A stretch of 64,000 nt of DNA, from positions 31,868,001 to 31,932,000 of the forward strand of contig OY740790.1 of the NCBI GenBank assembly GCA_963514005.1, in the 5' to 3' direction. The notes beneath the pieces were generated by a model, which was given only the letters and a program-made list of their open reading frames with translations, ran no database searches and had not been told where the DNA came from. Origin of the DNA: Raja brachyura. Lineage: Eukaryota. This document shows, one piece after another, positions 1 through 12,075 of this stretch. Position numbers and translations under genes: made by a program. How positions within the stretch are numbered: position 1 is the first letter of the stretch; each line of letters begins with the position of its first letter.

Positions 1-2042
1 TTTCCTCCATTTTGTCTGATCACGAAATGTCTCACCAAAATAGAGTGTGACTCCGCCACAGGCATTTTGGTGGTCCCAGATCGGCCAACACAACCATGGT
101 TCCCATTAGTACTCAGAATGATGGCTCAGCCATTCATGATGATTCCCAGCTGCAGTAATTTGTTGGTGCATCCGGTTCCAGGAGAAAGTCACCCGTTACA
201 TGATCGTATCAATTTGTTGGTCTGCAGGTTCTGAACAGACCATTCCAAGGCCTTGGATTGTCGAACAGGACCATGGAGGTTATCACTGCAGCCTGGACCA
301 CTAAAAAACAATATGTGATTCACATAAAGAAATGGGAGATGTTCTGTGTACAATCAAATATATTTTATCATACTGCAAGCATATGTGATGTGTTGGAGTT
401 CCTTGCTAAGTTGCATTTTGATGAGCACTTGAGTTATAGTGCCATTAACAGTGCTTGGAGTGCTTTAATGTTTTATGTTAAATTCTTTACTGTTGTGTTT
501 TATCTTTATTGGTGTGCTGCAGATGGCTCTGGAGGCAAGAGTGAACGCTGGCGCGATTGGCTGCCGCTGCTCTCTCTCCGAATATATTGTTTTAGTGACT
601 TTGTTTTACTATTCATGCATTTGTCGTATTGCTTGTTTTGTAACTTTTGATTATTGGCTATTTTGTTGTCCTGTGTTGTTTGGTTGTTCTGCTGTCTTTT
701 TACTATGTTATTCTTTTGTTTTTTTTTTCCTGTAAAGCACTATGAATTGCTGCTTGTACGAATAGTGCTATATAAATAAATTTGCCTTGCCTTGCCTTGC
801 CTTTGTCCTCCTATTTAGCACAGTCTTCAGAACAACAACCTATCGGGTCTCATCTGTTAGTATCCCGATTTATGAGAGGAATTTTTAACGAAAACCCTCC
901 TAAACCTAGATATACAGAAATCTGGGATATCAGTATAGTTCTCACACTGCTTTGGCCATGGGCTCCAATTACATCGTTATCTATGCAGAGATTAACTCTT
1001 AAAGTGGTTATGCTAATGGCGCTGGTTTCAGCACAATGTGTACAAACATTACAATTGTTACGAATAGATTGTATGCATTTGTCTGTAGATGACATTACAT
1101 TTTATGTCTATGATTTAACAAACAAAGCAGGCCAGGTATGGCAGGAACCAAGGTGACGTTTAAAGCATATCCTGTTGACCAAATGTTATGTGTAGTTAAA
1201 CACTTAAGCCAATATCTTGAGTTAACAAGGAGTCTCAGAGGTTCTGAGACAGGACTGCTCATTAGTCACAAAAAGCCATATAAAAGAGTGTCAGTACAAA
1301 CTATTTCTAGATGGTTGAAACAGGTTCTCAATTATGCTGGAGTCGACCCTCGTGTATTTAAATCTCACTCCACCAGGGCGGCATCAACACCCGCGCGAAG
1401 GCTCAGGATGTGCCGCTAGACCAAATCCTCGCGGCCGCAGGACGGTCTAGAGAATCAACATTTTCACAATTCTATGACCAACCTGCACAGACAGTGCCAC
1501 GGTTTGGGCATGCTGTTTTGGGTTTCATTTAATTCATTTGCTTTGTTTTTATATCATTGTTTATAATTTCCCCCTGGGACAGAGGGGTTATTACTGTTTT
1601 TATTATTATTATTAAAAAGTTATTGAATAATTTGAAGCAATGTTCAATATATTATTTATTCACTACTGTGTCAACCAAAGCAGATTGTCACAGAGCTTTG
1701 AAATCTTCACGTAGTCACTCATGTGACGCCGAAGTAAAATAGTAGGATTAAACGAGAACTTACCAGTTCGAAGTTTGATCCTTATTTTATGAGGAGTTAC
1801 GTTGAGGGATTACGTGCCCTCCGCTCCCACCCTCATAATCTAAGAGATCATCTGGTAGTTATAGTCTTCTTAAAGCCTCACCATGTTACTTCAACTATTT
1901 GTTTTCTGTGTTTTCACGCCGCTGCTTTGAAGTATGGCGCGCATGAGCCTGGCGGGGCTTCTTCACGTAATCCCTCAACGTAACTCCTCATAAAATAAGG
2001 ATCAAACTTCGAACTGGTAAGTTCTCATTTAATCTTACTATT
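1..2042 (+). mobile_element. 3' part of a DIRS1-type tyrosine-recombinase retrotransposon (degenerate)
   Basis: 1-234 reads FPPFCLITKCLTKIECDSATGILVVPDRPTQPWFP (DIRS methyltransferase-like C-terminus). 258-1530 holds frameshifted YR pieces including KSHSTRAAS. The end has a 79-bp inverted repeat, 1738-1816 vs 1964-2042. Confidence 0.9.
467..800 (+). mobile_element. 3' end of an L2/Rex-type LINE inserted in the DIRS YR gene
   Basis: Ends TGTAAAGCAC...GTGCTATATAAATAAA followed by (TTGCC)n. Short CTTT duplication at 463-466/801-804. Removing it restores the YR peptide SALSSYL. Confidence 0.7.
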
Positions 2043-2059
2043 CTGTTTGCAAATGGAAA

Positions 2060-2830
2060 TAATTCCTATCCCAAAGAATCCTCACCCTACCCTTTTACAT
2101 GAGGCTCACCAGCCAATAATTCCGTGGATGCTTTCTACTTCACTTCTTAAATAAAGGAACAACATTAGCTACTCTCCAGTCTTCTGGGACTTCACCTGTG
2201 GCTAGACAAGACTTTAAGGTCTTAATCAAGGCTCCTGCAACCATCTCTCTTGGCTCTCTCAATAACATGGGATAAATCCCATCAGGCCCTGGAAATGTAT
2301 CCACCTTAATGCACTTCAAGAGCTCTGACACCATATCCTTCTTAATCTCAAACTACGTTTACAAATTAGTGTTCTCCACACTTATCCCACTGTCCTCCAT
2401 GTCCTCCTTGGTGAAAGTGGATGCAAAGTTCATGTTTAGTACCCGCCTACATCCCCAAACTCCAAGCACAAATTCCCTCCTTTATCCTTTCTCCCTGGAT
2501 ATCCTTTTTTTAAAATATAGGTATAATAAACCATGGGATTTTCTTTAATCTGATTGCCAAAGCCATATTGTGGCCCATTTTGGCCCTTCTAATGGCCCAT
2601 TTGACGAGTCCTTTCCTCCTTTATATTCTTGAAATGCCCTGTCTGATACCCACCTCTTAAACATTGCATGCACATCCTTTTTCTTTTTTTACCAAATTGA
2701 CAACCCCTTTGGTCATCCAAGATTCCAATACTTTGCCATCCTTATCCCTCCTCCTTACATGCCAGTTCTGAACATTGATCAACTGGCCTTTAAACAACTC
2801 CGCCATCAGATGTGGACTTAATCAATAACA
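2060..2830 (-). mobile_element. Old CR1 LINE RT fragment
   Basis: ORF 2140-2334 contains PGPDGIYP...GEVPEDWRVANVVPLFKK. Confidence 0.85.
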
Positions 2831-2849
2831 ATCATTCACCTGTGTCTCC

Positions 2850-3235
2850 TCTGTCTCCCATAATTCTTCTCTCACTCCACTTCCCCCCAGATGGAACAAG
2901 GATAGGGTTCATCTGGTCCTCACCTTTCAGCTCACCAGCCTCCGCCTCCAAAACATAATGGTTCAACATTAACATCACCTCCAGCATAATCCCACCACCA
3001 GTCACATTTTCCCATCCCCACTCCTATCTGCCTTCCACAGAGAGAGTTGCCTCCACAACTCCTTGTTTCACTTTCCCATCCAGGCCACCCCATCAGAAGG
3101 TGTCTCCCATCTTCTGTTGTTTTCAATCTCTGTCCTTTCTCCAAACATCTGCCTATCAAAGTCCTCTCTCACTAGTATCCACCAATTGCTTGCCAGGCTT
3201 TGTCCTTCCCTCCTCTCTTCCAGCTTTCTCTAACC
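2850..3235 (+). mobile_element. Degenerate Penelope-like fragment
   Basis: Resembles the Penelope copies at about 50.0 and 60.5 kb (GATAGGGTT..CTGGTCCTCACCTTTCA..CACCAGCCTCCG). Confidence 0.55.
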
Positions 3236-3277
3236 CCCCCCCCCCCCCCCCCCCACCCCCACCCCCCTGGGAAATCT

Positions 3278-4135
3278 GTGATAGTCATAGAGTCATACAG
3301 CATAGAAACAGGCCCTGCAGCCCAACTTGTCCACGCCGTCCAACATGCCCCATCAACATTAGTCCCAACTACCTCCGTTTGGCCCATGACCTTGTAAACC
3401 CATCCTATCCATGTTCCTGTCCAAATGTCTTTTAAACATTGCGATAGTTTCTGGCGCAACTACCTCCTCTGGCAGCTCGTTACAAATACCTACCAGTATT
3501 TGTGTAAAACAGTTGCCCCTCAGGTTCCATTTAAATCTTCCCCCCTCTCATTATATTTCTATGTCCTCTGGTTCTTGATTCCCCGACTCTGCGCATTTAC
3601 CCTACCTAATTCCCTCATTATCCTATACACCTCTGAAAGATCATCCCTCATCCTCTTGTGCTCCAAGTCCTGGCAACATCTTCGTAAATCTTCTCTGTAC
3701 CCTTTCCAGCTTAACAGCATCTTTCCTATAACAGGGTGACGTAAACTGAACACAATACTCCCAATGTCTTGAACAGCTGAAACATAACCTCCCAACTTCT
3801 GTACTCAGTACTCTGATGAAGGCCAATGTGCTGAAAGCCTTCTTGACCACCACCTCTACCTGTGATGCCACTTTCATGGAACAATGTATCTGCACTCCAA
3901 GATTGTTCTCCTCTGCAACACTCCCTAGAGCCCTGCCATTCACTGTAAAGGTCTTGCCCAAAATGCAACGCCTAGCACTTATCTGAATTAAACTCCATTA
4001 ACCATTCCTCGGCCCACCTGTCAAACTGATCAAGTTCCTACTGCACGTTTTGATAACCTTCCTCACGATCTGCGATGCCACCCACTTTTGTGTCATCTGC
4101 AAACTTGCATAATATCTTGTACATTCTCATCCTTG
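3278..4135 (-). mobile_element. CR1 LINE 3' fragment
   Basis: ORFs 3641-3961 and 3559-3795 give YCVQF.SPCYRKDAVKLERVQRRFTKMLPGL. CATAGAGTCATAC tail. Confidence 0.85.
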
Positions 4136-5770
4136 CTTACAGTTGCTGGCTTTTGAACCTCCAAATAGAACAGTTCAAGTACAGCTACCTTATGCCATTT
4201 TCTGCAAAGGTTCTGAGTTCAAGGTCTTGAGAAATTATGGTTTATTGCTTTTCTGTATTCTTAGTACCTGCTACTTTTTAGATCCTGTGCACTTGCTTTG
4301 GGTGCTGCTCTGTGGTGACTCAGGAAAATGTAATGGGGATATCATATTACACATGCAGGCTTTTATATAGTACTTCTTGCATCTGCTCTGGTAGCCAAAG
4401 GGCAGCATTTACACACCTCGTGTCCTCCTGATGCAAGTATAGAGCAGATGTTTCCCCCTCCATGTAAGAACCACCCAAAGCCAAATAATTCGACCACGCT
4501 TGCATGTTTCTTGATTCAAGTAAGAAATTCTTTGTTCCACAGTGGTGCAGATGACATTTAAGCACTATTGACTCTTAATCTCTTTCCCTGTGGTGAAGTG
4601 GGGTGCATGTTAACAGGGAGATGGCGGGTGAGATGTACTAGATTAATGTACATATTGATGTTTAGCATGGGATCTTAATCGAGGTTAGCAAAACCCAGGG
4701 GGTCTGCACTTAATTATTTATTTGATTAGGGAAAACAATGTTTTGCAGGATATGGTGACATTGGAAGGGATCAGGGATCAGCCAGAATTTGTGAATCAGG
4801 AAGCAGAATCTGGAAACACTTGGATTCAACACCACCAAAGTATCTCCGTAGCCCAGTTACTTTGTAGAGGATCCTTGGTGAAATTGGAGCAGAGGGACTC
4901 AGAGTTTGCTTATATCTGCTTGTAGCTCCTTGCATTTGTTCTTGTCAGCAGGTTTCAACTTGAACACTTTAAATGGTTAGACACCGCAGATAGTTAAATC
5001 AATAACATTTGCCACATCTGTTGATTACATCTTTCAATAAAAATATAGTTTTTGATGTGAGTATGAGAAGGTTGTTCCAACTTCCTTGTATATTTTGCAA
5101 AAAAAGTCCCCATAGCATTTATCAAAATTTCCATTGATGCTCTGAGTGTTGTGTGTTAGAGAAACCACAGATTGAAAATAAATCTCAGACGCAAAATAAG
5201 ACACAAAGTGTTGGAGTAACTCAGTGGGTCAGGTAGCATCCTTGGAGAACATGGATAGGTGATGGAAAGATCAGGATCTTTCTTCAGGCACACACTGAAT
5301 GACTACTACCAAAATCCAGGGCTAAAATATTCAATTTATTTTTCAATTATTCTCCACAAGAACCAGATATCCATTCAACATTTTGGGAATTGTCATTCTT
5401 CAGAAATTACTTACAAGTAGAAATGTTAAACTGTGTTAGGAATAGTAACACGTACTTTAAGATTCTCCTTTAAACTTTCATTAGCCTTTTGGTCACTCCT
5501 GATGTTTAACACTATGAGTTGCTGTACATGTTTACCCACATCTCTCGGCAAAGTCCCTTTTGAAATAACCACGTGAAATACTTTAAATAGGGACAATTTG
5601 TTCAGGACAGTTTTCGTAAACATTTATGAGAGAAGAGAGCAAAATTAAAAATGCACTTAAGAGCTTATTTCTACCAACATCCATGATTTTCTATGAGCCC
5701 AGAATTCTGGCAACTGGAGCACCATCCTTAAGCAGGAAGGAGCCACCTTAAATATCCAAGTGAGATCCTA

Positions 5771-8392
5771 CATAGAAACATAGAAACATAGAAATTAGGT
5801 GCAGGAATAGGCCATTCGGCCCTTCGAGCCTGCACCGCCATTCAATATGATCATGGCTGATCATCCAACTCAGTATCCCGTACCTGCCTTCTCTCCATAC
5901 CCTCTGATCCCCTTAGCCACAAGGGCCACATCTAACTCCCTCTTAAATATATCCAATGAACTGGCCTCAACTACCCTCTGTGGCAGAGAGTTCCAGAGAC
6001 CCACCACTCTCTGTGTGAAAAAATTCCTTCTCATCTCAGTCCTAAAGGATTTCCCCCTTATCCTTAAGCTGTGACCCCTTGTCCTGGACCTCCCCAACAT
6101 CGGGAACAATCTTCCTGCATCTAGCCTGTCCAACCCCTTAAGAATCTTATAAGTTTCTATAAGATCCCCTCTCAATCTCCTAAATTCTAGAGAGTATAAA
6201 CCGAGTCTATGCAGTCTTTGTTCATAAGACAGTCCTGACATCCCAGGAATCAGTCTGGTGAACCTTCGCTGCACTCCCTCTATGGCAATAATGTCCTTCC
6301 TCAGATTTGGAGACCAGAACTGTACGCAATACTCCAGGTGTGGCCTCACCAAGACCCTATACAACTGAAGTAGAACCTCCCTGCTCCTATACTCAAATCC
6401 TTTTGCTATGAAAGCTAACATACCATTGGCTTTCTTCACTGCCTGCTGTACCTGCATGCCTACTTTCAATGACTGGTGTACCATGACACCCAGCTCGCGC
6501 TGCATCTCCCCTTTTCCTAATCGGCCACCATTTAGATAGTAGTCGGTTTTCCTATTTTTGCCACCAAAGTGGATAACCTCACATTTATCCACATTATACT
6601 GCATCTGCCAAACATTTGCCCACTCACCCAGCCTATCCAAGTCACCTTGCATTCTCCTAGCATCCTCCTCACAGCTAACACTGCCCCCCAGCTTAGTGTC
6701 ATCCGCAAACTTGGAGATATTGCCTTCAATTCCCTCATCCAGATCATTTATGTATATTGTAAATAGCTGGGGTCCCAGCACTGAGCCTTGCGGTACCCCA
6801 CTAGTCACTGCCTGCCATTGTGAAAACGACCCGTTAACTCCTACTCTTTGCTTCCTGTTTGCCAGCCAGTTCTCTATCCACATCAATACTGAACCCCCAA
6901 TGCCATATGCTTTAAGTTTATATACTAATCGCTTATGTGGGACCTTGTCGAAAGCCTTCTGGAAGTCCAGATACAGCACATCCACTGGTTCTCCCCCATC
7001 CACGCTACTAGTTACATCCTCGAAAAATTCCACAAGATTCGTCAGACATGATTTACCTTTCGTAAATCCATGCTGACTTTGTCCAATGATTTCACCACTT
7101 TCCAAATGTGCTGCTATCCCATCTTTAATAACTGACTCTAGCAGTTTCCCCACTACCGATGTTAGACTAACTGGTCTGTAATTCCCCGTTTTCTCTGTCC
7201 CCCCCTTCTTAAAAAGAGTGGTTACGTTTGCTACCCGCCAATCCTCAGGAACTACTCCAGAATCTAAAGAGTTTTGAAAGATTATCACTAATGCATCCAC
7301 TATTTCCGGAGCTACTTCCTTAAGTACTCTGGGATGCAGCCTATCTGGCCCTGGGGATTTATCGGCCTTTAATCCATTCAATTTACCCAACACCACTTCC
7401 CGACTAACCTGGATTTCACTCAAGTACTCCTTTGACCTGCGGTCCCCTGCTATTTCCGGCAGATTATTTATGTCTTCCTTAGTGAAGACGGAACCAAAGT
7501 AGTTATTCAATTGGTCCGCCATATCCTTGTTCCCCATGATCAACTCACCTGTTTCTGACTGCAAGGGACCTACATTTGTTTTAACTAATCTCTTTCTCTT
7601 CACATATCTATAAAAACTTTTGCAGTCAGTTTTTATGTTCCCTGCCAGTTTTCTTTCATAATCTATTTTTCCTTTCCTAATCAAGCTCTTTGTCCTTCTC
7701 TGCTGGTCTCTGAATTTCTCCCAGTCCTCTGGTATGCTGCTTTTTCTGGCTACTTTGTACGCATCATCCTTTGCTTTGATACTATCCCTGATTTCCCTTG
7801 TTATCCACGGATGCACTACCTTCCCTGATCTATTCTTTTGCCAAATTGGGATGAACAATTTTTGTAGTTCATCCATGCAGTCTTTAAATGTCTTCCATTG
7901 CGTATCCACCGTCAACCCTTTTAGAATTGATTGCCAGTCAATCTTGGCCAATTCACGTCTCATACCCTCAAAGTTACCTTTCCTTAAGTTCAGAACCATT
8001 GTTTCTGAATTAACAATGTCACTCTCCATCCTAATGAAGAACTCGACCATATTATGGTCACTCTTGCCCAAGGGGGCACACACAATAAGACTGCTAACTA
8101 ACCCTTCCTCATTACTCAATACCCAGTCTAAAATAGCCTGCTCTCTCATTGGTTCCTCTACATGTTGATTTAGATAACTATCCCTCATACTTTCCAAAAA
8201 ATCCTCTTCCTCAGCGCCCCTGCCAATTTGATTCACCCAATCTATATGTAGATTGAAGTCACCCATTATAACTGTTTTGCCTTTGTTGCACGCATTTCTA
8301 ATTTCCTGTTTTATACCATCCCCAACTTCACTACTACTGTTAGGTGGCCTGTACACAACTCCCACTAGCGTTTTCTGCCCCTTAGTGTTTCG
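5771..8392 (-). mobile_element. Young 5'-truncated CR1 LINE
   Basis: (CATAGAAA)n tail at 5771-5794 on the + strand. Uninterrupted ORF2 remainder. Confidence 0.95.
5870..8365 (-). CDS. CR1 ORF2 (partial APE endonuclease plus complete RT), 831 aa, truncated at the N-terminus
   Basis: Motifs VYRPP, GDFN, SDHN (APE); PGPD, YRPVSL, LDFQKAFD, GVPQGSVLGP, FADD (RT). No stops. Confidence 0.93.
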   Translation of the reverse strand: MGVVYRPPNSSSEVGDGIKQEIRNACNKGKTVIMGDFNLHIDWVNQIGRGAEEEDFLESMRDSYLNQHVEEPMREQAILDWVLSNEEGLVSSLIVCAPLGKSDHNMVEFFIRMESDIVNSETMVLNLRKGNFEGMRRELAKIDWQSILKGLTVDTQWKTFKDCMDELQKLFIPIWQKNRSGKVVHPWITREIRDSIKAKDDAYKVARKSSIPEDWEKFRDQQRRTKSLIRKGKIDYERKLAGNIKTDCKSFYRYVKRKRLVKTNVGPLQSETGELIMGNKDMADQLNNYFGSVFTKEDINNLPEIAGDRRSKEYLSEIQVSREVVLGKLNGLKADKSPGPDRLHPRVLKEVAPEIVDALVIIFQNSLDSGVVPEDWRVANVTTLFKKGGTEKTGNYRPVSLTSVVGKLLESVIKDGIAAHLESGEIIGQSQHGFTKGKSCLTNLVEFFEDVTSSVDGGEPVDVLYLDFQKAFDKVPHKRLVYKLKAYGIGGSVLMWIENWLANRKQRVGVNGSFSQWQAVTSGVPQGSVLGPQLFTIYINDLDEGIEGNISKFADDTKLGGSVSCEEDARRMQGDLDRLGEWANVWQMQYNVDKCEVIHFGGKNRKTDYYLNGGRLGKGEMQRELGVMVHQSLKVGMQVQQAVKKANGMLAFIAKGFEYRSREVLLQLYRVLVRPHLEYCVQFWSPNLRKDIIAIEGVQRRFTRLIPGMSGLSYEQRLHRLGLYSLEFRRLRGDLIETYKILKGLDRLDAGRLFPMLGRSRTRGHSLRIRGKSFRTEMRRNFFTQRVVGLWNSLPQRVVEASSLDIFKRELDVALVAKGIRGYGEKAGTGY

Positions 8393-8794
8393 ACTACAGG
8401 CGACAGGCTACACTACAGGCTTGTCAAGTGTAGTATCAATTCAACAATTGAGGAAGCTCTGAAATACATTACAACTCTGCTAATCTGGCATCCTGAAGAC
8501 ATTGTTGGTGCAAAATTGACAGATATTTTGAACTGAAGATAGACATAAAATGCTGGAGTAACTCAACAGGACAGGCAGCATCTCTGGAGAGTAAGAATGG
8601 GTGATGTTTCGGGTTGAGATTAGTTCTTCAGATTAGTTTATAGGGGAAAGGGATATGAGAGATATAGACAGTGATGTAGAGAGATATAGAACAAATGAAT
8701 GAAATATCTATTGGATTTTACACACATTAATAGCCAGCTGACTCTTAATTCACTGCTTTCTTAAGATATTACATGGTGGTGCAATAACTTTTCA

Positions 8795-9020
8795 GTGAGG
8801 CAGGAAAGAGTGCAGAGAAGTTTTACGAGGATGTTGCCAGGTAGCAAAGGCCTGAGATATAGGGAAAGACTGGGAAGGCCAGTACTTTATTAATTGGATC
8901 AGAGGAGACTAAGGGGTGATCTGATATATGTGTATAAAATCTTGAGGAGAATAGATAGAGTGAATGCATACAGTTTTTTTCTTACCAGGATAGGGGAATC
9001 AAGAACCAGAGGACATAGGA
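8795..9020 (+). mobile_element. CR1 3' fragment
   Basis: RRLRGDLI.VYKILR.IDRV...ESRTRGH. Confidence 0.8.
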
Positions 9021-9039
9021 GAAAGCAGGGACTACCTCA

Positions 9040-9437
9040 AATTGGATTCGCTGCTCTAGGTGTCAGGTGCTCTACATCAGTGAGACCAGGCGTAGGCTTG
9101 GCGATCGCTTCGCCCAACACCTCTGCTCAGTTCGCAATAACCAACCTGATCTCCCTGTGGCTCAGCACTTCAACTCCCCCTCCCATTCTGAATCCGACCT
9201 TTCTGTCCTGGGCCTCCTCCATGGCCAGATTGAGGTAGTCCCTGCTGTCTCCTTCTTTCCCCTCCCCGTCCCAGCTCTCCCACAACCTTCTGTCTCCGCC
9301 TGTTACTTTCTTCTTCCCGCTCCCCCCACCCTCACATCAGTCTGAAGAAGGGTCTCGAACCGAAACATCGCCCATTTCCTTCGCTCCATAGATGCTGCCT
9401 CACCCGCTGAGTTTCTCCAGCATTTTTGTCTACCTTC
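9040..9437 (+). mobile_element. Penelope 3' fragment (GIY-YIG C-terminus plus pseudo-LTR)
   Basis: LYISETRRRLGDRFAQHL..VAQHFNSPSH. CTGAAGA-stem-GAAAC motif at 9342-9369. Confidence 0.85.
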
Positions 9438-9656
9438 ACAACACCACTCAACACTTCAACTCTCATATGAACCTATGAAATGTTGGATGGCTTCGTCAAA
9501 CATTCCTTGTTAGCTTCCCTTTTTCTATATTCTGGAAATACAAAACAGATCATTAAGAAGTGCTAAAGAACACAAAGTGCTGGAGTAACTCAGTAGGTAA
9601 GGCAGCATCTCTGGAGAACATGGGTAGGTGACGTTTACCCTTAACTAGCATTTGTA

Positions 9657-10254
9657 GTTTAAGAAGGAACTGCAGTTGCTGGGTAATCGAAGGTAGACCA
9701 AAGTGTTGGAGAAACTCAGCGGGTGCAGCAGCATCTATGGAGCGAAGGAAATAGGCAACGTTTCGGGCCGAAACCCTTCTTCAGACAGATGGGAGGTGGG
9801 GGGCAGGGAGAAGAAAGGAAAAAGGAGGAGGAGGAGCCCGCGGGCTGAAGGAGAGCAAGGAAGGGGAGGAGACAGCAAGGGCTAATGGAATTGGGAGAAT
9901 TCAATGTTAATGCAACTAGGGTGCAGACTGCCCAAGCGGAATATGCGGTGCTGTTCCTCCAATTTCCGGTGGTGCTCACTCTGGCCATGGAGGAGGCCCA
10001 GGACAGAGAGGTCAGATTCAGAATGGGAGGGGGAGTTGAAGTGCTGAGCCACCGGGAGGTCAGGTTGGTTAATGCGGACCGAGCGGAGGTGTTCAGATAA
10101 ACGATCGCCAAGCCTACGCTAGGTCTCACCGATGTAGATCAGCTGACATCTAGAGCAGCGGATGCAATAGATGAGGTTAGAGAATAGATGACGTCCTCCA
10201 ACCTCATCTATTGCATCCGCTGCTCTAGATGTCAGCTGATCTACATCGGTGAGA
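9657..10254 (-). mobile_element. Penelope 3' fragment with inverted 5' end
   Basis: Minus strand NLIYCIRCSRCQLIYIGET (GIY-YIG). Pseudo-LTR at 9657-9790. 55-bp inverted repeat 10124-10178/10200-10254. Confidence 0.88.
9757..9784 (-). ncRNA. Minimal hammerhead ribozyme motif in a Penelope pseudo-LTR
   Basis: Minus strand CUGAAGA-A-GGGU(UUCG)GCCC-GAAAC-GUU. Palindromic loopless stem III; helix I only about 2 bp. Confidence 0.6.
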
Positions 10255-11769
10255 GCAAGTGTATATAACTGTCCAAGATATCTACCCTCTATATATAACT
10301 GTCCAAGATATCTACCCTCTCCTGATTCATGCCTCCTGACCAGCTCCAGCATTATCACTCCATCATTAGCAGCTGCGCTTTCAGCTGCCAGGAGAATAAG
10401 ATCTGGAATTCCATCCACAAACCTCTGTGTAAAAAGTGCATTTTGAACTAATCCCACAGAACGAAGGTAATATCTTGTTGGCAGAATAAGGAGGTCATGA
10501 TGAACGATAAAACACTTGTTCAATCACAACTTGGGTATTGTGTCCAATTCAGGACACCACACCCTATGAGCGATATGAAGGCTGTGGAGAGGAAGCAGAA
10601 GAGATTTGTCAAAATCATTCCAGGGATGAAGAACCAATTTCTTCATCTTTCCAGTGTGCATTTGTGCATATGACAATTCAACACTCTTGACTGGAGAAAC
10701 TGGGGTTTTCTCCTTCTATCAGAGGAGGTTGTGAGTGGATCTGATTGAGGTACTTAAAATAATGGACGGTATAGATGTCATGCGTAAATCGAGACAGAAA
10801 CCATTCCCCATTAGCAGAGGGTGCAGAACTAGTTTAGAGATTCTAGGGTATATTGAAGATTGGCAAAAAGAAACAAATGTGATTTGTCATAGAGTCATAC
10901 AGAATGGAAACAGGCCCTTGAGTCCAACTTGCCCATATAGGCTGTGGGCCGAGCATCAAAAATGTGTCTAGAAATCCATTTTCGTGACCCACATCTCAGA
11001 ACTACATTACATTTTCCACAGATTTAGATGAAATATAATTGCGAAGGATGTTATAACTCATCAGTGCCAAAAGTTGCACATTTATTAATTAAACTAATTA
11101 GAAAATATATGACGTAAATATGACTGTAATCATATATGATTAAGTATAATTATATTATATAAAATAATATAATGAATATAATTATGTGTGTGTTTTTTCA
11201 ATGAGACTGATGCAGAGGTCTGGCTCCTGAACCAGCCTAATTAATGGGTGAGGGCAGTTCTTGTGGGTTCCTCCCTTTACTGAACCCCACTGACTGCCAG
11301 TGTGCAGAGTGGGTGTCACCTACATAGTGGGACTGGGGCAGTGCCAGGCTGGAGGACAGTCCTGCGAGGCATCTTCCAGTCGCTTTAATAGGAAAATGAA
11401 TGAGACTGCAGCAGAGGTCCCGGGTTTTAAGGGCTCATGAACCTGCCTAATTAAAGGGTCAGGACACATCCCCTGGGTTCCCCCGTTTAATGAATCCCAC
11501 TGACTGCCATAGTGGGGGTCACGGCCATAGTTGGACTGGGGCAGGGCCAGGTTGGGGGACAGACCTGTAAGAGTAAAGTCTTATTTCTGATATAAATGTC
11601 ACATCCTGACCAAGAATCGAATGCTCTGATGTTTACTCGATGAGTATTCATTTTAAGCTACAATGAGCCTATATTTATGTTAAAGACCCCTCATGGTGCC
11701 TGTGCAAATGAGGGCTATTACCTTTAGCCTAAAATAACCCTAAAAGTGTTGCATTGTTTGAGTATCTGT

Positions 11770-12075
11770 AGTTTGTGTGTGTGTCTGTGTGAACCTGTCA
11801 AACATGTATCTGTAGATGTGTGGATGTAAATGTGTGGACGTATGTGTGTGTGAATGGATGTATGTGTGCATGTATGTGTGGATGTGTGTGTGGGTGGATG
11901 TATATGTGTGAATGGATGTGTGCATGTCTGCGTGTGGATGGATGTGTGGATGTGTGTGTGTGTGCGAATGTGTGTGTGGATGCGTGGATGTATGTGTGCA
12001 TGTATGTGTGTGTGCATGCATGGAAGTGTGTGTGGATGTGTGTATGTATGTACATGTGGATGGGTGGGTGGACTG
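11770..12075. repeat. Degenerate (TG)n/(TGGA) microsatellite
   Basis: Directly visible. Confidence 0.95.

Noticed and set aside
258-735. Hydrophobic ORFs as membrane proteins
   Set aside because: DIRS YR start fused to a T-rich LINE 3' UTR.
3233-3267. C-runs and G-runs (also about 20760, 34690, 51119) as functional G-quadruplexes
   Set aside because: Homopolymer expansions, mostly within or beside decayed repeats; no supporting context.
5771-5794. Short periodic repeats as a CRISPR-like array
   Set aside because: Eukaryotic LINE tails; no repeat-spacer structure anywhere in the window.
6532-8168. Alternative-frame and antisense ORFs of 65-172 aa
   Set aside because: Shadows of the CR1 ORF2.
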